From NCBI GenBank assembly GCA_963813535.1, contig CAWEZH010000003.1, forward strand, positions 192,001-256,000: a DNA stretch of 64,000 nt. Direction: 5' to 3'. The translations under genes and the position numbers were made by a program. The stretch comes from an uncultured Chloroflexia bacterium. Its GTDB lineage: Bacteria; Chloroflexota; Limnocylindria; Limnocylindrales; CSP1-4. Positions within the stretch are counted from its first letter, which is position 1. The number at the start of each line of letters is the position of its first letter. The notes below the pieces were generated by a model. That model was given only the letters and a program-made list of their open reading frames with translations. It was not told the DNA's origin and searched no databases. Of the stretch, positions 35,990 through 44,944 are shown one piece after another.

Positions 35990-36939
35990 CAGTCGATCAA
36001 TGAGCGGCCGGTCAGGCGCAGGAAGACGTCCTCGAGCGACGACCGGCGGACGAGGACGGTCTCTGGCTCGAGCCCGCGCGCATGGGCTGCGGCGACGGCT
36101 GCCTCGCCGTCGTCGGCGTAGAGCAGGACACGATCGGGTAATCGCTCGATGCGCTCGGCGAGGCCATCGAGCTGACCGTCGAGCGTGTCCTGGACGCCCG
36201 GGGCGAATCGGAGCTCGGTCACCTCGCGGGTCGAGTACTGCTCGATCAGCGAGCGCGGCGAGCCCTCGGCCACGATCTTGGCCTTGTCCATCACGACGAG
36301 CCGGTCACAGAGCTGCTCCGCCTCGTCCATGTAGTGCGTCGTCAGGACGAGGGTCACGCCCCGTTGCTTGAGCCGATAGAGGCGGTCCCAGAGCAGGTGG
36401 CGCGCCTGCGGGTCGAGTCCCGTGGTGGGCTCGTCGAGGAGCAGGAGCTCGGGTTCGTTGATCAGGCTCCGGGCGATCGTCAGCCGGCGCTTCATGCCGC
36501 CCGACATGTGCTCGACCTGGTCGCCGGCCCGCTCGGTCAGCTGGGCGAACTCCAGGAGCTCGTCGGCACGGCGACCGACCGCGGCATGGCTGAGACCGAA
36601 ATAGCGGCCGTAGATCAGGAGGTTCTCGCGCACGGTCAGTTCGGTGTCGAGCGTGTCCTGCTGCGGCACCACGCCGAGACGCGCCCGGATGCGCGGACCG
36701 TCACGGTCAGGGTCCATGCCGAGGACGCGCAGGTCGCCGCCACTCAGCGGCGAGACGCAGCCGATCATCCGCATCGTCGATGTCTTGCCGGCGCCATTCG
36801 GGCCGAGGAACCCGAACGATTCGCCGGGCGCGACGTCGAAGTCGATGGCATCGACGGCGGTGAAGTCATCGAAGCGCTTCGTCAGCCCGCGGGCATGGAT
36901 GAGCGAGGTCGAGTCGACCGACTCGGGCTGTTCCGGCAT
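35989..36939 (-). CDS. ABC transporter ATP-binding protein (NodI-like)
   Basis: GPNGAGKT, SGGMKRRL, LDEPTTGLDPQAR, TTHYMDEAE, LEDVFL. Confidence 0.9.
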   Translation of the reverse strand: MPEQPESVDSTSLIHARGLTKRFDDFTAVDAIDFDVAPGESFGFLGPNGAGKTSTMRMIGCVSPLSGGDLRVLGMDPDRDGPRIRARLGVVPQQDTLDTELTVRENLLIYGRYFGLSHAAVGRRADELLEFAQLTERAGDQVEHMSGGMKRRLTIARSLINEPELLLLDEPTTGLDPQARHLLWDRLYRLKQRGVTLVLTTHYMDEAEQLCDRLVVMDKAKIVAEGSPRSLIEQYSTREVTELRFAPGVQDTLDGQLDGLAERIERLPDRVLLYADDGEAAVAAAHARGLEPETVLVRRSSLEDVFLRLTGRSLID

Positions 36940-37060
36940 GGGCGGGCATGGTACCGCCGAACCGTGCCATCCGGCATGGCATGAAAAACGTGCTACCCGC
37001 GAGTAGCGCTATCTGGTATCATCGCGGCGGACGCATCGACAACCGATCCAGGAGCCGGCC

Positions 37061-37540
37061 ATGGCCACGATCCCCATCCCTGCCGCCGAGCTGCTCGCGA
37101 AGGCGCTCGTCGCGGAATTGACGGTCATCGACCCGACGGGCCGCCCGGTGACGTACCCACTCATCCCGCTGTGGGACGGCGAGCGCATCTACATGACGTC
37201 GTCGACCCTCTTCAGCCGCAAGCTCGAGCACATCGGGCGAAACGGCAAAGTCTCGGTGTCCGTCTCGGATCCGGTGAGCGTCGAGGGTAGGCCGGATCGG
37301 GTCACGATCCAGGGCGACGCACGCGTCATCGCGGACGACCCGCACGGTGGCTGGGAGCGACTGCTCCCGATCTGGTCGGCCAAGGAGCCGGCGATCGTCT
37401 CGTTCCTCAAGGCGCGCGTCGCGCTGCCCTTGTTCTTCGAACGTGCGCTCATCGAGATCGTCCCGCGCCGCGTCCTGTATTGGGGTGACGGCGACACGAC
37501 GATCGCGCCACAGGTCACCGACATCGAGGAGGCCGCGTGA
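37061..37540 (+). CDS. PNPOx-like split-barrel flavin/deazaflavin-binding protein
   Basis: ELTVIDPTGRPVTYP, RKLEHIGRNGKVSV, VTIQGDARV, IEIVPRRVLYW pattern; AGGAG RBS. Confidence 0.8.
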   Translation: MATIPIPAAELLAKALVAELTVIDPTGRPVTYPLIPLWDGERIYMTSSTLFSRKLEHIGRNGKVSVSVSDPVSVEGRPDRVTIQGDARVIADDPHGGWERLLPIWSAKEPAIVSFLKARVALPLFFERALIEIVPRRVLYWGDGDTTIAPQVTDIEEAA

Positions 37541-38943
37541 TGCGCTCGACCCCTCCGCTCGACGCCCGCGCCGGCCTCGAAAGGCTGGCGACCTACCCGT
37601 TCCACATCGCATCGTGGGTGGATGACGCCGGCTACCCGGTGTCGGTCGTCGTCCAGGCCAGCATCGACCCGCGTAGCCTGGCCGCGACCTTCGCGCCTCC
37701 CGCAGGTCTGGCCGTACCGACCGACCGCGACGTATCGCTGACCGGATCGCACATCCGGCCACAACCCGGCTACGGCTACGACGAGCGGCGGCACGTAACG
37801 GTCTGGGGCCACGTGTCGCCCGGGATCCGCGCCGACACGATGGCGCGCGTCCTGACCCTGATCGGTCGATCAGCCTGGGGCTGGGACGAATCGGAGACGC
37901 CGTTCTTCGAGTACTCCGAGCGCTCCGTGCCGCGCTCGCGGCGCTACTTCGACGCCTTGTCGGCCGAGCGCGGGACGCCGGTGAAGCCACGCCTCTCGTT
38001 CGGCTTCCTGACGCTGCGCGCGACGCGCCTACCGTTCCTGACCGCCACGATCGTGCCGGTCGTCCTGGGTATCGCGATCGCGGCGAGCCACGGCTCGTTC
38101 GACCTCGCGGCGGCTGCGCTGACCATCATCGGTGCCGCGTTCGTCCAGCTCGGCCTGAACGTCGCCAACGACGTGTTCGACGCCGTCCAGGGCGCCGACG
38201 ACGCGAACGTGACGCCGACCCAGTTCAGCGGCGGCTCGCGGGTCATCCAATACGGGCTCGTGTCACTGCGGCGCATGGCGTCGATCGCGACGGCCTTCTA
38301 CGTGGCCGCGGCCCTTGTCGGCCTGGTGCTCCTGGCGACCCATGGGTCGCTCGCGCTCCTGGTGATCGGGATCGTGGGGTTCGTGGTCTCGCTGGGGTAC
38401 ACCGCGCCGCCGCTGAAGTTCGTCTATCGCGGGCTCGGCGAGGTCGCCGTCGCGCTCGGGTTCGGACCGCTGATGCTGCTCGGCGCCTACGTCGTGCAGA
38501 CCGGTGGCCAGCTCGCCTGGGAACCGTTCGTGGCGTCGATCCCGATCGCGCTCCTCGTCGCGTTGATCCTCTATGTCAACGAGATCCCCGATCGGCGCGG
38601 CGATGCGTATGCGGGCAAGCGGACGCTGCCGGTGCGCTTCTCCCGCTCGACCATCGTGACTGGCTACAACGTCGCGGCCGCCGCGGCGTATGTCGCGGTC
38701 GTGGGTGGCGTGGCGGTCGGCCTGCTGCCGGTCCCCGCGTTGCTGATGTTGCTGACGATCCCGCTGGCGCGGCGCGTGTCGTCCGGTCTGACACCGAACT
38801 ACGACAACCCGTACGGGCTGATGGCGTTCATGGGGGTCAACGTCCGGTTGCACCTCGCGGCGGGTGCGCTGCTGCTGGTCGCGTACGTGATCGTGATCGC
38901 GGCGATGGTGCTCGCTCCCGGGGTCGACCTCTTCCTGGGCTGA
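37537..38943 (+). CDS. MenA/UBIAD1-type prenyltransferase with an extra N-terminal domain of about 155 aa
   Basis: RLPFL, NVANDVFDAVQGAD, YTAPPLKFVYRGLGE, NEIPDRRGDAYAGKRTL; soluble N-terminal extension. Confidence 0.85.
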   Translation: MMRSTPPLDARAGLERLATYPFHIASWVDDAGYPVSVVVQASIDPRSLAATFAPPAGLAVPTDRDVSLTGSHIRPQPGYGYDERRHVTVWGHVSPGIRADTMARVLTLIGRSAWGWDESETPFFEYSERSVPRSRRYFDALSAERGTPVKPRLSFGFLTLRATRLPFLTATIVPVVLGIAIAASHGSFDLAAAALTIIGAAFVQLGLNVANDVFDAVQGADDANVTPTQFSGGSRVIQYGLVSLRRMASIATAFYVAAALVGLVLLATHGSLALLVIGIVGFVVSLGYTAPPLKFVYRGLGEVAVALGFGPLMLLGAYVVQTGGQLAWEPFVASIPIALLVALILYVNEIPDRRGDAYAGKRTLPVRFSRSTIVTGYNVAAAAAYVAVVGGVAVGLLPVPALLMLLTIPLARRVSSGLTPNYDNPYGLMAFMGVNVRLHLAAGALLLVAYVIVIAAMVLAPGVDLFLG

Positions 38944-39020
38944 TGATGGTTGGCGGGGCTGCTCCCGCCCCGCTTGGCCAGGTACGTCGGCGGTAAGCGC
39001 ACCTCGCGACACTGGCCGCC

Positions 39021-39150
39021 ATGGATACGGTCCGGATCGGCCTGTCGATTCGCGCGCTCCGTCGCCGGCGAGGGCTCAGCCAAGAGCGACTCGCACGGCT
39101 CGTCGGTGTTTCGCGTTCGACCGTCGCCCGTATCGAGCGCGGTCGTGAGG
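39021..39150 (+). pseudogene. Truncated XRE-type HTH gene fragment
   Basis: MDTVRIGLSIRALRRRRGLSQERLARLVGVSRSTVARIERG, then runs into the hairpin and the antisense dnaK end. Confidence 0.55.
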
Positions 39151-39176
39151 GCCCGCGAGGAGCCCCCAACGGGCCC
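39149..39176 (-). terminator. Hairpin directly downstream of dnaK
   Basis: gggcccg-N14-cgggccc inverted repeat; no U-tract. Confidence 0.4.
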
Positions 39177-39182
39177 GGAGTC

Positions 39183-41138
39183 CTAGACCTCCTTGAACTC
39201 GCCTTCGACCGCTTCCTCGCCCTCGGTGTCGCCCGCGGCTGAGGACTCGTCGGCGTCGCCCTCGGTGCCACCGTCGGCCGAACCGTCACCGTCCTCGGCG
39301 CCGTTCGTGGCCCCGGCCTCGGATGCCGACGCCTGATAGGCGGCGGTCGAGACGCGGTTCAGCGTCTCGGCGAGGGCCGTCATCCCGGAGCGGATCAGGT
39401 CCACGTCCGAGCCCTTCAGCGCCTCGCGCAGCGAGGACACCTGGTTCTCGACCTCGAGCTTGTCCTCGGACGAGACCTTCTCGCCCAGGTCCTTGAGCGT
39501 CCGCTCGGCCTGGAACGTGAGCGCCTCGGCCTGGTTGCGGGTCTCGACCTCTTCGCGTCGCTGCTTGTCCTCGTCGGCGTGCTCGGCGGCGTCGCGCACC
39601 ATCTGGTCCACGGCGTCCTTCGAGAGCATCGACGAGGCCGTGATCCGGACCTGCTGTTCCTTGCTGGTCGCCCGGTCCTTGGCCTTGACGTCGAGGATGC
39701 CGTTCGCGTCGATGTCGAACGTCACCTCGATCTGCGGCACACCGCGCGGCGCCGGCGGGATCCCGTCGAGGATGAACCGGCCCAATGTCTTGTTGTCGGC
39801 CGCGAAGTCGCGCTCGCCCTGCAGGACGTGGATCTCGACCTGCGACTGATTGTCCGACGCGGTCGAGAACACCTGCGACTTCGAGGTCGGGATGGTCGTG
39901 TTTCGTTCGATCAGCTTGGTCATCACCCCGCCGAGCGTCTCGATGCCGAGCGACAACGGTGTCACGTCAAGCAGGAGTACGTCCTTGACGTCGCCCGCCA
40001 GCACGCCGGCCTGGATGGCCGCACCGATGGCAACGACCTCGTCCGGGTTCACGCCCTTGTGGGGCTCCTTCCCATCGAACATCTTCTTGACCGCCTCGAC
40101 GACGGCCGGCATGCGCGTCATGCCGCCGACGAGGATCACCTCGTCGATGTCCGCGGGCTTGAGACCGGAGTCCTTGAGCGCAGCCTTGACCGGACCCTCC
40201 GTCTTGGACACGAGGTCGGCGACGAGATCCTCGAGCTTCGCCCGGGTCAGCGTGACGACGAGGTGCTTCGGACCGGAGGCATCGGCCGTGATGTACGGCA
40301 GGTTGATCTCGGTCGTCGCCGTCGTCGACAGCTCGATCTTCGCCTTCTCGGCGGCCTCCTTGAGACGCTGCAGGGCCTGCTGGTCCTTGGACAGGTCGAT
40401 GCCCTGGTCCTTCTTGAACTCGGCGAGCAGCCAGTCGATGACGCGCTGGTCGAAGTCGTCTCCGCCCAGGTGCGTGTCGCCGTTGGTCGCCTTGACCTCG
40501 AAGACGCCCTCACCGAGCTCGAGGATCGAGATGTCGAACGTGCCACCACCGAGGTCGTAGACCGCGATCTTCTCGTCGCCCTTCTTGTCGAGCCCATAGG
40601 CGAGCGCCGACGCGGTCGGCTCGTTGATGATCCGCTTCACCTCGAGACCGGCGATGCGTCCGGCGTCCTTGGTCGCCTGGCGCTGCGTGTCGTCGAAGTA
40701 GGCCGGGACCGTGATGACCGCCTCGGTCACCTTCTCGCCGAGGTACGCCTCGGCATCGGTCTTGAGCTTCTGCAGGATCATCGCGCTGATCTCGGGCGGC
40801 GTGTAGGTCTTGCCATCCGCGAGCTTCACGCCGATCCCGTCCGAGCTGGGATCCTTCTCGACCGTGTACGGCACGAGCTCGCGCGACCGCTTGGTCTCCG
40901 GATCGTCGAACCGACGACCCATGAAGCGCTTGATCGAGAAGACGGTATTGCCGGGGTTGGTCACGGCCTGCCGCTTGGCGAGCTGGCCGACCAGCCGCTC
41001 CCCGGTCTTGGTGAAGGCGACCACGCTGGGGATGGTCCGCCCGCCCTCCGCCGATGCGATGACGGTCGGTTCGCCGCCCTCCATGACGGCGACGACGGAG
41101 TTCGTCGTGCCGAGGTCGATGCCGATGATCTTGGCCAT
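39183..41138 (-). CDS. dnaK: Chaperone DnaK
   Basis: [41 protein letters not shown] end. Confidence 0.98.
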   Translation of the reverse strand: MAKIIGIDLGTTNSVVAVMEGGEPTVIASAEGGRTIPSVVAFTKTGERLVGQLAKRQAVTNPGNTVFSIKRFMGRRFDDPETKRSRELVPYTVEKDPSSDGIGVKLADGKTYTPPEISAMILQKLKTDAEAYLGEKVTEAVITVPAYFDDTQRQATKDAGRIAGLEVKRIINEPTASALAYGLDKKGDEKIAVYDLGGGTFDISILELGEGVFEVKATNGDTHLGGDDFDQRVIDWLLAEFKKDQGIDLSKDQQALQRLKEAAEKAKIELSTTATTEINLPYITADASGPKHLVVTLTRAKLEDLVADLVSKTEGPVKAALKDSGLKPADIDEVILVGGMTRMPAVVEAVKKMFDGKEPHKGVNPDEVVAIGAAIQAGVLAGDVKDVLLLDVTPLSLGIETLGGVMTKLIERNTTIPTSKSQVFSTASDNQSQVEIHVLQGERDFAADNKTLGRFILDGIPPAPRGVPQIEVTFDIDANGILDVKAKDRATSKEQQVRITASSMLSKDAVDQMVRDAAEHADEDKQRREEVETRNQAEALTFQAERTLKDLGEKVSSEDKLEVENQVSSLREALKGSDVDLIRSGMTALAETLNRVSTAAYQASASEAGATNGAEDGDGSADGGTEGDADESSAAGDTEGEEAVEGEFKEV

Positions 41139-41175
41139 GATGTGTGTCTGCTCCTCGTCGGGTCTGCTGGTCGGG

Positions 41176-41754
41176 TCAGTTCGGTAGGTCGTTCGTTGCC
41201 GGTTCACCGGCGCCGGCAACGGCCACGAGGGCCGGCCGGATCACACGGTCGCGCAGTCGATACCCGCGCCGGACCTGCTCGACGATCTCGCCCTCGGGCC
41301 GGCCGGTGCCGGGAACGTTGGCGATCGCCTCGTGCTCGCGCGGGTCGAAGGTCGTGCCGGGTTCGGCCGCGATCGGGCTGACGCCCTCGCTCTCGAGCAG
41401 CGCCCTGAGCTTGCGGTCGATGGCGGCGACACCCTCGAACCACGGTTCACCCGCGATCGACTCCGGGCGTGCCTCGATGGCGCGGTCGAAGTCGTCGGCG
41501 ATCGCGAGCACCTTGCGGATGAGGTCCTCGCCGGCAAGTCCGAGTTCACGCTCGCGCTCTTCGGCCGTGCGGCGCTTGTAATTGAGGAACTCCGCCCGCT
41601 CGCGCTGGAGCGCGGTCAGGTACTCGTCGGCCTGGGACGTGGTCTCGGCGAGCTCGCCCTTGAGCGCCTCGATCTCCTCCAGGAGCTTGGTCGGCCGGAT
41701 ATCGATCTCTTCGGCGCGCTCATCGGCGCGCGTGCGCTGGCGCGGTTCAGGCAT
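41176..41754 (-). CDS. grpE: Nucleotide exchange factor GrpE
   Basis: [34 protein letters not shown]. Confidence 0.96.
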   Translation of the reverse strand: MPEPRQRTRADERAEEIDIRPTKLLEEIEALKGELAETTSQADEYLTALQRERAEFLNYKRRTAEERERELGLAGEDLIRKVLAIADDFDRAIEARPESIAGEPWFEGVAAIDRKLRALLESEGVSPIAAEPGTTFDPREHEAIANVPGTGRPEGEIVEQVRRGYRLRDRVIRPALVAVAGAGEPATNDLPN

Positions 41755-42817
41755 AGAGGTGATCCACCAGTTCGTTCATCAGACCGGACACGAATGCGAC
41801 CGTGCCGATCGCGTTGGGGTAACTCATCCGGGTCGGGCCGAGCACGCCGACGACGCCGAGCGCGCGACCAGGCCGGCCGTACGGCGCGAGGATCAGCGTC
41901 ACGTCGTGCATCTCCTCGCGGGGGTTTTCGGCCCCGATGACGATGCTGATCCGCCCGGAACCGGCAACGCTGCCGACGAGCTCGCCCAGGTAGGCCCGGT
42001 TCTCGAGGGCCGTGAAGACCTGGCGCAGCTTGTCGCTCTGCGCGAATTCGGGAGCCTCCATCACGTTGAGCAGGCCGTCCGAGAAGACCTCCTCGACCGC
42101 TGCCGCGTCGTATTCGAGCAGGATCCGCATGATCCGCTCGCCGACGCGACGCGCGATGCGCTGGACCCGATCGGCCTCCTCGAGGCGGCTCAGGGTCGAC
42201 TCGGCCGACGTCGTGGTCTTGTCCACGAGGCGCTCGTTGAGGAGGCCGGCGACCTGGTTCAGCGTCGACTGGTCGACCGGCTCTGGCTCGTCAAGAGTGA
42301 CCGCCGCCTGCTTGATGGCACCTTCGCGGAGCACGAGGATGAGGCTCGCCATGCGCTCGTTCACGGCGACGAGATCGACTCGCCGGATGTGGGCAGCGCG
42401 CGGCTTGGCTGGTGTCGCGATGCCCGCGGAGCGGGTGAGACCGGCGAGGGTCGTCGCCGCGAGGCGGAACCAGTGCTCGCTGGCGAACTCGACCTGACCG
42501 AACTGGTGCCGGATCATCAGCTGCTCGACGGCCGGCAGCGGGACGGCATCGACGATCGACTCGACATAGAAGCGATAGCCCGCGTCGGTCGGAACGCGAC
42601 CGGCACTCGTGTGTGGGTGCGTCAGCAGCCCGGCCGTCTCGAGGTCGGCGAGGATGTTCCGGACAGTCGCGCTGGACACGCCAAGGCCATAGCGCTCGAC
42701 GAGCGCCAGGCTGCCGACCGGCTGTGCCGACGTGACGTATTCCTCGATGACGGCCCGAAGGATCGCCTGAGAGCGGAGGTCCAACGGGCCGAGTGGGCGG
42801 CGAATGCGTCGCGCCAA
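41747..42817 (-). CDS. hrcA: Heat-inducible transcription repressor HrcA
   Basis: QPVGS, SSATVRN, HPHTSAGRVPT..GYRFYV, GVLGPTRM.Y. Confidence 0.96.
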   Translation of the reverse strand: MARRIRRPLGPLDLRSQAILRAVIEEYVTSAQPVGSLALVERYGLGVSSATVRNILADLETAGLLTHPHTSAGRVPTDAGYRFYVESIVDAVPLPAVEQLMIRHQFGQVEFASEHWFRLAATTLAGLTRSAGIATPAKPRAAHIRRVDLVAVNERMASLILVLREGAIKQAAVTLDEPEPVDQSTLNQVAGLLNERLVDKTTTSAESTLSRLEEADRVQRIARRVGERIMRILLEYDAAAVEEVFSDGLLNVMEAPEFAQSDKLRQVFTALENRAYLGELVGSVAGSGRISIVIGAENPREEMHDVTLILAPYGRPGRALGVVGVLGPTRMSYPNAIGTVAFVSGLMNELVDHLYA

Positions 42818-42835
42818 ACTCGTTCTCCCGTGGTG

Positions 42836-42862
42836 TTAGCACTCGATGGGTGAGAGTGCTAA
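42836..42862. promoter_or_regulatory. CIRCE element (HrcA operator), perfect consensus
   Basis: TTAGCACTC-gatgggtga-GAGTGCTAA. Confidence 0.97.
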
Positions 42863-42875
42863 CGAGCGTGCTGGC

Positions 42876-42905
42876 ATCGTAGCAGTGGCCACTGCCGAGT
42901 GTCAA
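42876..42905 (-). promoter_or_regulatory. Sigma70 promoter of hrcA-grpE-dnaK
   Basis: TTGACA (42905-42900), 18 nt, extended TGcTACGAT (-10 at 42881-42876). Confidence 0.75.
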
Positions 42906-42931
42906 CGCGGGCGATGGTCCGGTACCGCCCC

Positions 42932-44170
42932 TCAGATGAGTCGACCGAAGACCTCGTTCGACAGCAGCCGGCCGCGTGTGGTCAGGACCACGCGATCCTT
43001 CAGCGTGACCGTGAGCAGTCCCGCTGCGAGTGCCCAGCCGAAGACATCGGCGAGCGGGGGCTCGTGCGCCGCCGCGAGCGGCACGCCCGTGTCGAGCCGG
43101 AGGCCAAGGATCAGCGACTCGGCGGTCGCCGTCTCGACGCCGAGTCGCTCGACACCGCCGGGCGGCAGGCTCGGCTGCGAGGCCGCCAATGCCGCGACGT
43201 AGAGATCGAGGCGGGCGGCCGTCCAGCGCCGGTCCGCACCGTCGAACGCGTGTGCTCCCGGTCCCAGTGCCTCGTTCGGCTTGCGCTGCCAGTACGCAAG
43301 GTTGTGGCGGCTCTCGTGACCAGGCCTGGCCCAATTCGAGATCTCGTAGCCGCGATAGCCGGTCTCTTCGAGCAGCAGCGCAGCGTGGTGGTACTGACCG
43401 GCGGCCCGGTCCTCGTCCTGGCCGGGTCGGACGGTGTCGCGCCAGCGACGTGCGCCCTTGGTGGTGGGCAGGTGATCGCCCACCGGTCCGGCCAGGCCCT
43501 CGGCCACCGGATCGTCGAGCGTCAGGGCATAGAGCGACAGGTGGTCGGGCTCGAGCTCCAGTGCCGTGTCGAGGGTGGCCATCCAGGTCGCCAGCCCGGT
43601 GTCCGGGATGTCGTAGAGGAGGTCGATGTTGATCGATCCGATGCCCGCCTCGCGGGCCGCCGCGACGGCATCCCGGACGTGCCGTGCCCGGTGGCGCCGC
43701 CCGAGCTTGCGAAGCTCCGTGTCGTCGAACGACTGGGCGCCGAAGGAGAGCCGCGTGATCCCGGCCCTGTGGAGCGCGGCCGGATCGCCGCGCTCGTCCG
43801 GACCGGGGTTCGCCTCGATCGTGACCTCGGCGTCGTCCGCGAGTCCGAACCGTTCACGAACGCGACCCAGGAGACGCTCGATCTGCTCGGTCGGGATAAG
43901 CGACGGAGTGCCGCCACCGAGGTACACCGACCCGAGCGGCGGCCGCCGGCGCGTGCCGGGCGCACCGAACGCCCGGTCGAGCGCGTCAGCGCGAAGGCCC
44001 AGCTCCACGTGCAGCGCGTCCAGGTACTCGCCGATCCTGTTGCGCGGCCCGCGCGCGGCCGAGCCGGCGATGACCACGAAGTCGCAATACGGGCAGAGGG
44101 ACACGCAGAAGGGAACGTGGATGTAGAGGGCGACGGGCGATCGCGCGGCCGATGCGGCTGCCGGGCTCAT
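42932..44170 (-). CDS. hemW: Radical SAM heme chaperone HemW (HemN-like)
   Basis: YIHVPFCVSLCPYCDF, GGGTPS, EANP, YEISNWA, HNLAYW; lepA-hrcA context. Confidence 0.92.
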   Translation of the reverse strand: MSPAAASAARSPVALYIHVPFCVSLCPYCDFVVIAGSAARGPRNRIGEYLDALHVELGLRADALDRAFGAPGTRRRPPLGSVYLGGGTPSLIPTEQIERLLGRVRERFGLADDAEVTIEANPGPDERGDPAALHRAGITRLSFGAQSFDDTELRKLGRRHRARHVRDAVAAAREAGIGSINIDLLYDIPDTGLATWMATLDTALELEPDHLSLYALTLDDPVAEGLAGPVGDHLPTTKGARRWRDTVRPGQDEDRAAGQYHHAALLLEETGYRGYEISNWARPGHESRHNLAYWQRKPNEALGPGAHAFDGADRRWTAARLDLYVAALAASQPSLPPGGVERLGVETATAESLILGLRLDTGVPLAAAHEPPLADVFGWALAAGLLTVTLKDRVVLTTRGRLLSNEVFGRLI

Positions 44171-44938
44171 CGCTCGCGCTGTGCGGACTCCCGTGATCCG
44201 ATCACGCGCCAGCCTTCAGGTGGCCGCCGCCGGCGATCGATCTCCTCGACCTCGCGCCCCTTGGGCAACGTCTGGCCGGTATGGCCGGTCGCCAGGAACA
44301 CGGCGAAGCGGGTCGCCGCGTGGCCGAGGAACGCCGCGGCGATCCCGCCGGTCACGGCCGTCAGCCAGCCGCCGATGAAGCCGATGCCCAGGGTGAGGAC
44401 CAGCAGATAGCGGTCCCGACCGGGCGCCCCGAGTCGGGTCGTGAGCGCGTAGAGGAGCGTCTGGATGATGTTCGCGAGGTTCGCCTCGAGGCCGAGCATG
44501 AGCAGGGTCCCGAAGATCGCGCCACGGAACGTGGCCTCGTCGATGAACGCCGTGGCGGTCGAGTTGAGCAACGCGCCGGGGTAGGAGGCGATGTCCGGGA
44601 ACCGGATCCGCTGATAGCGAAGCGTCGCGAACGCGAGCGCCTGGGCCACGCCCAAGCCGGCGAAGATCAGCCCGCCGGTGACGGCCCCGAGTCGATCGCC
44701 CGACCCGAGGAAGAGCTCGCCCTGGGGATGTGGGTGGATGTAGGCCATCGCGATGACCAGTGCGGTGCCCAGGCCGTACCAGGCGAGCCGGCGTCGGACC
44801 CGTGGCCGCTCGCCGTCACGGGTGGTCTCGTAGTACTCGGCCGTCCCGAACCGCTCCGCATCGAGCCGGAGCAGGACGAGCAGCAGCATCAGCCCGATCA
44901 CGATCAGACCCGCGCGAGACGTCGAAGAGCTCCTCCAC
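44167..44938 (-). CDS. CPBP/Abi-like intramembrane protein; probable true start at 44938 with a +1 frameshift near 44910
   Basis: IDEATFRG motif; GTG GAG GAG CTC TTC GAC GTC TCG CGC (g) GGT CTG ATC joins the ORF-track frame. Confidence 0.65.
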
Positions 44939-44944
44939 GAACGC

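Noticed and set aside
34386-36939. Nod-factor export system
   Set aside because: NodIJ-like ABC-2 exporters are widespread and no nodABC genes are present.
42932-44170. Coproporphyrinogen III oxidase HemN
   Set aside because: The lepA-hrcA context and the HNxxYW motif indicate HemW.
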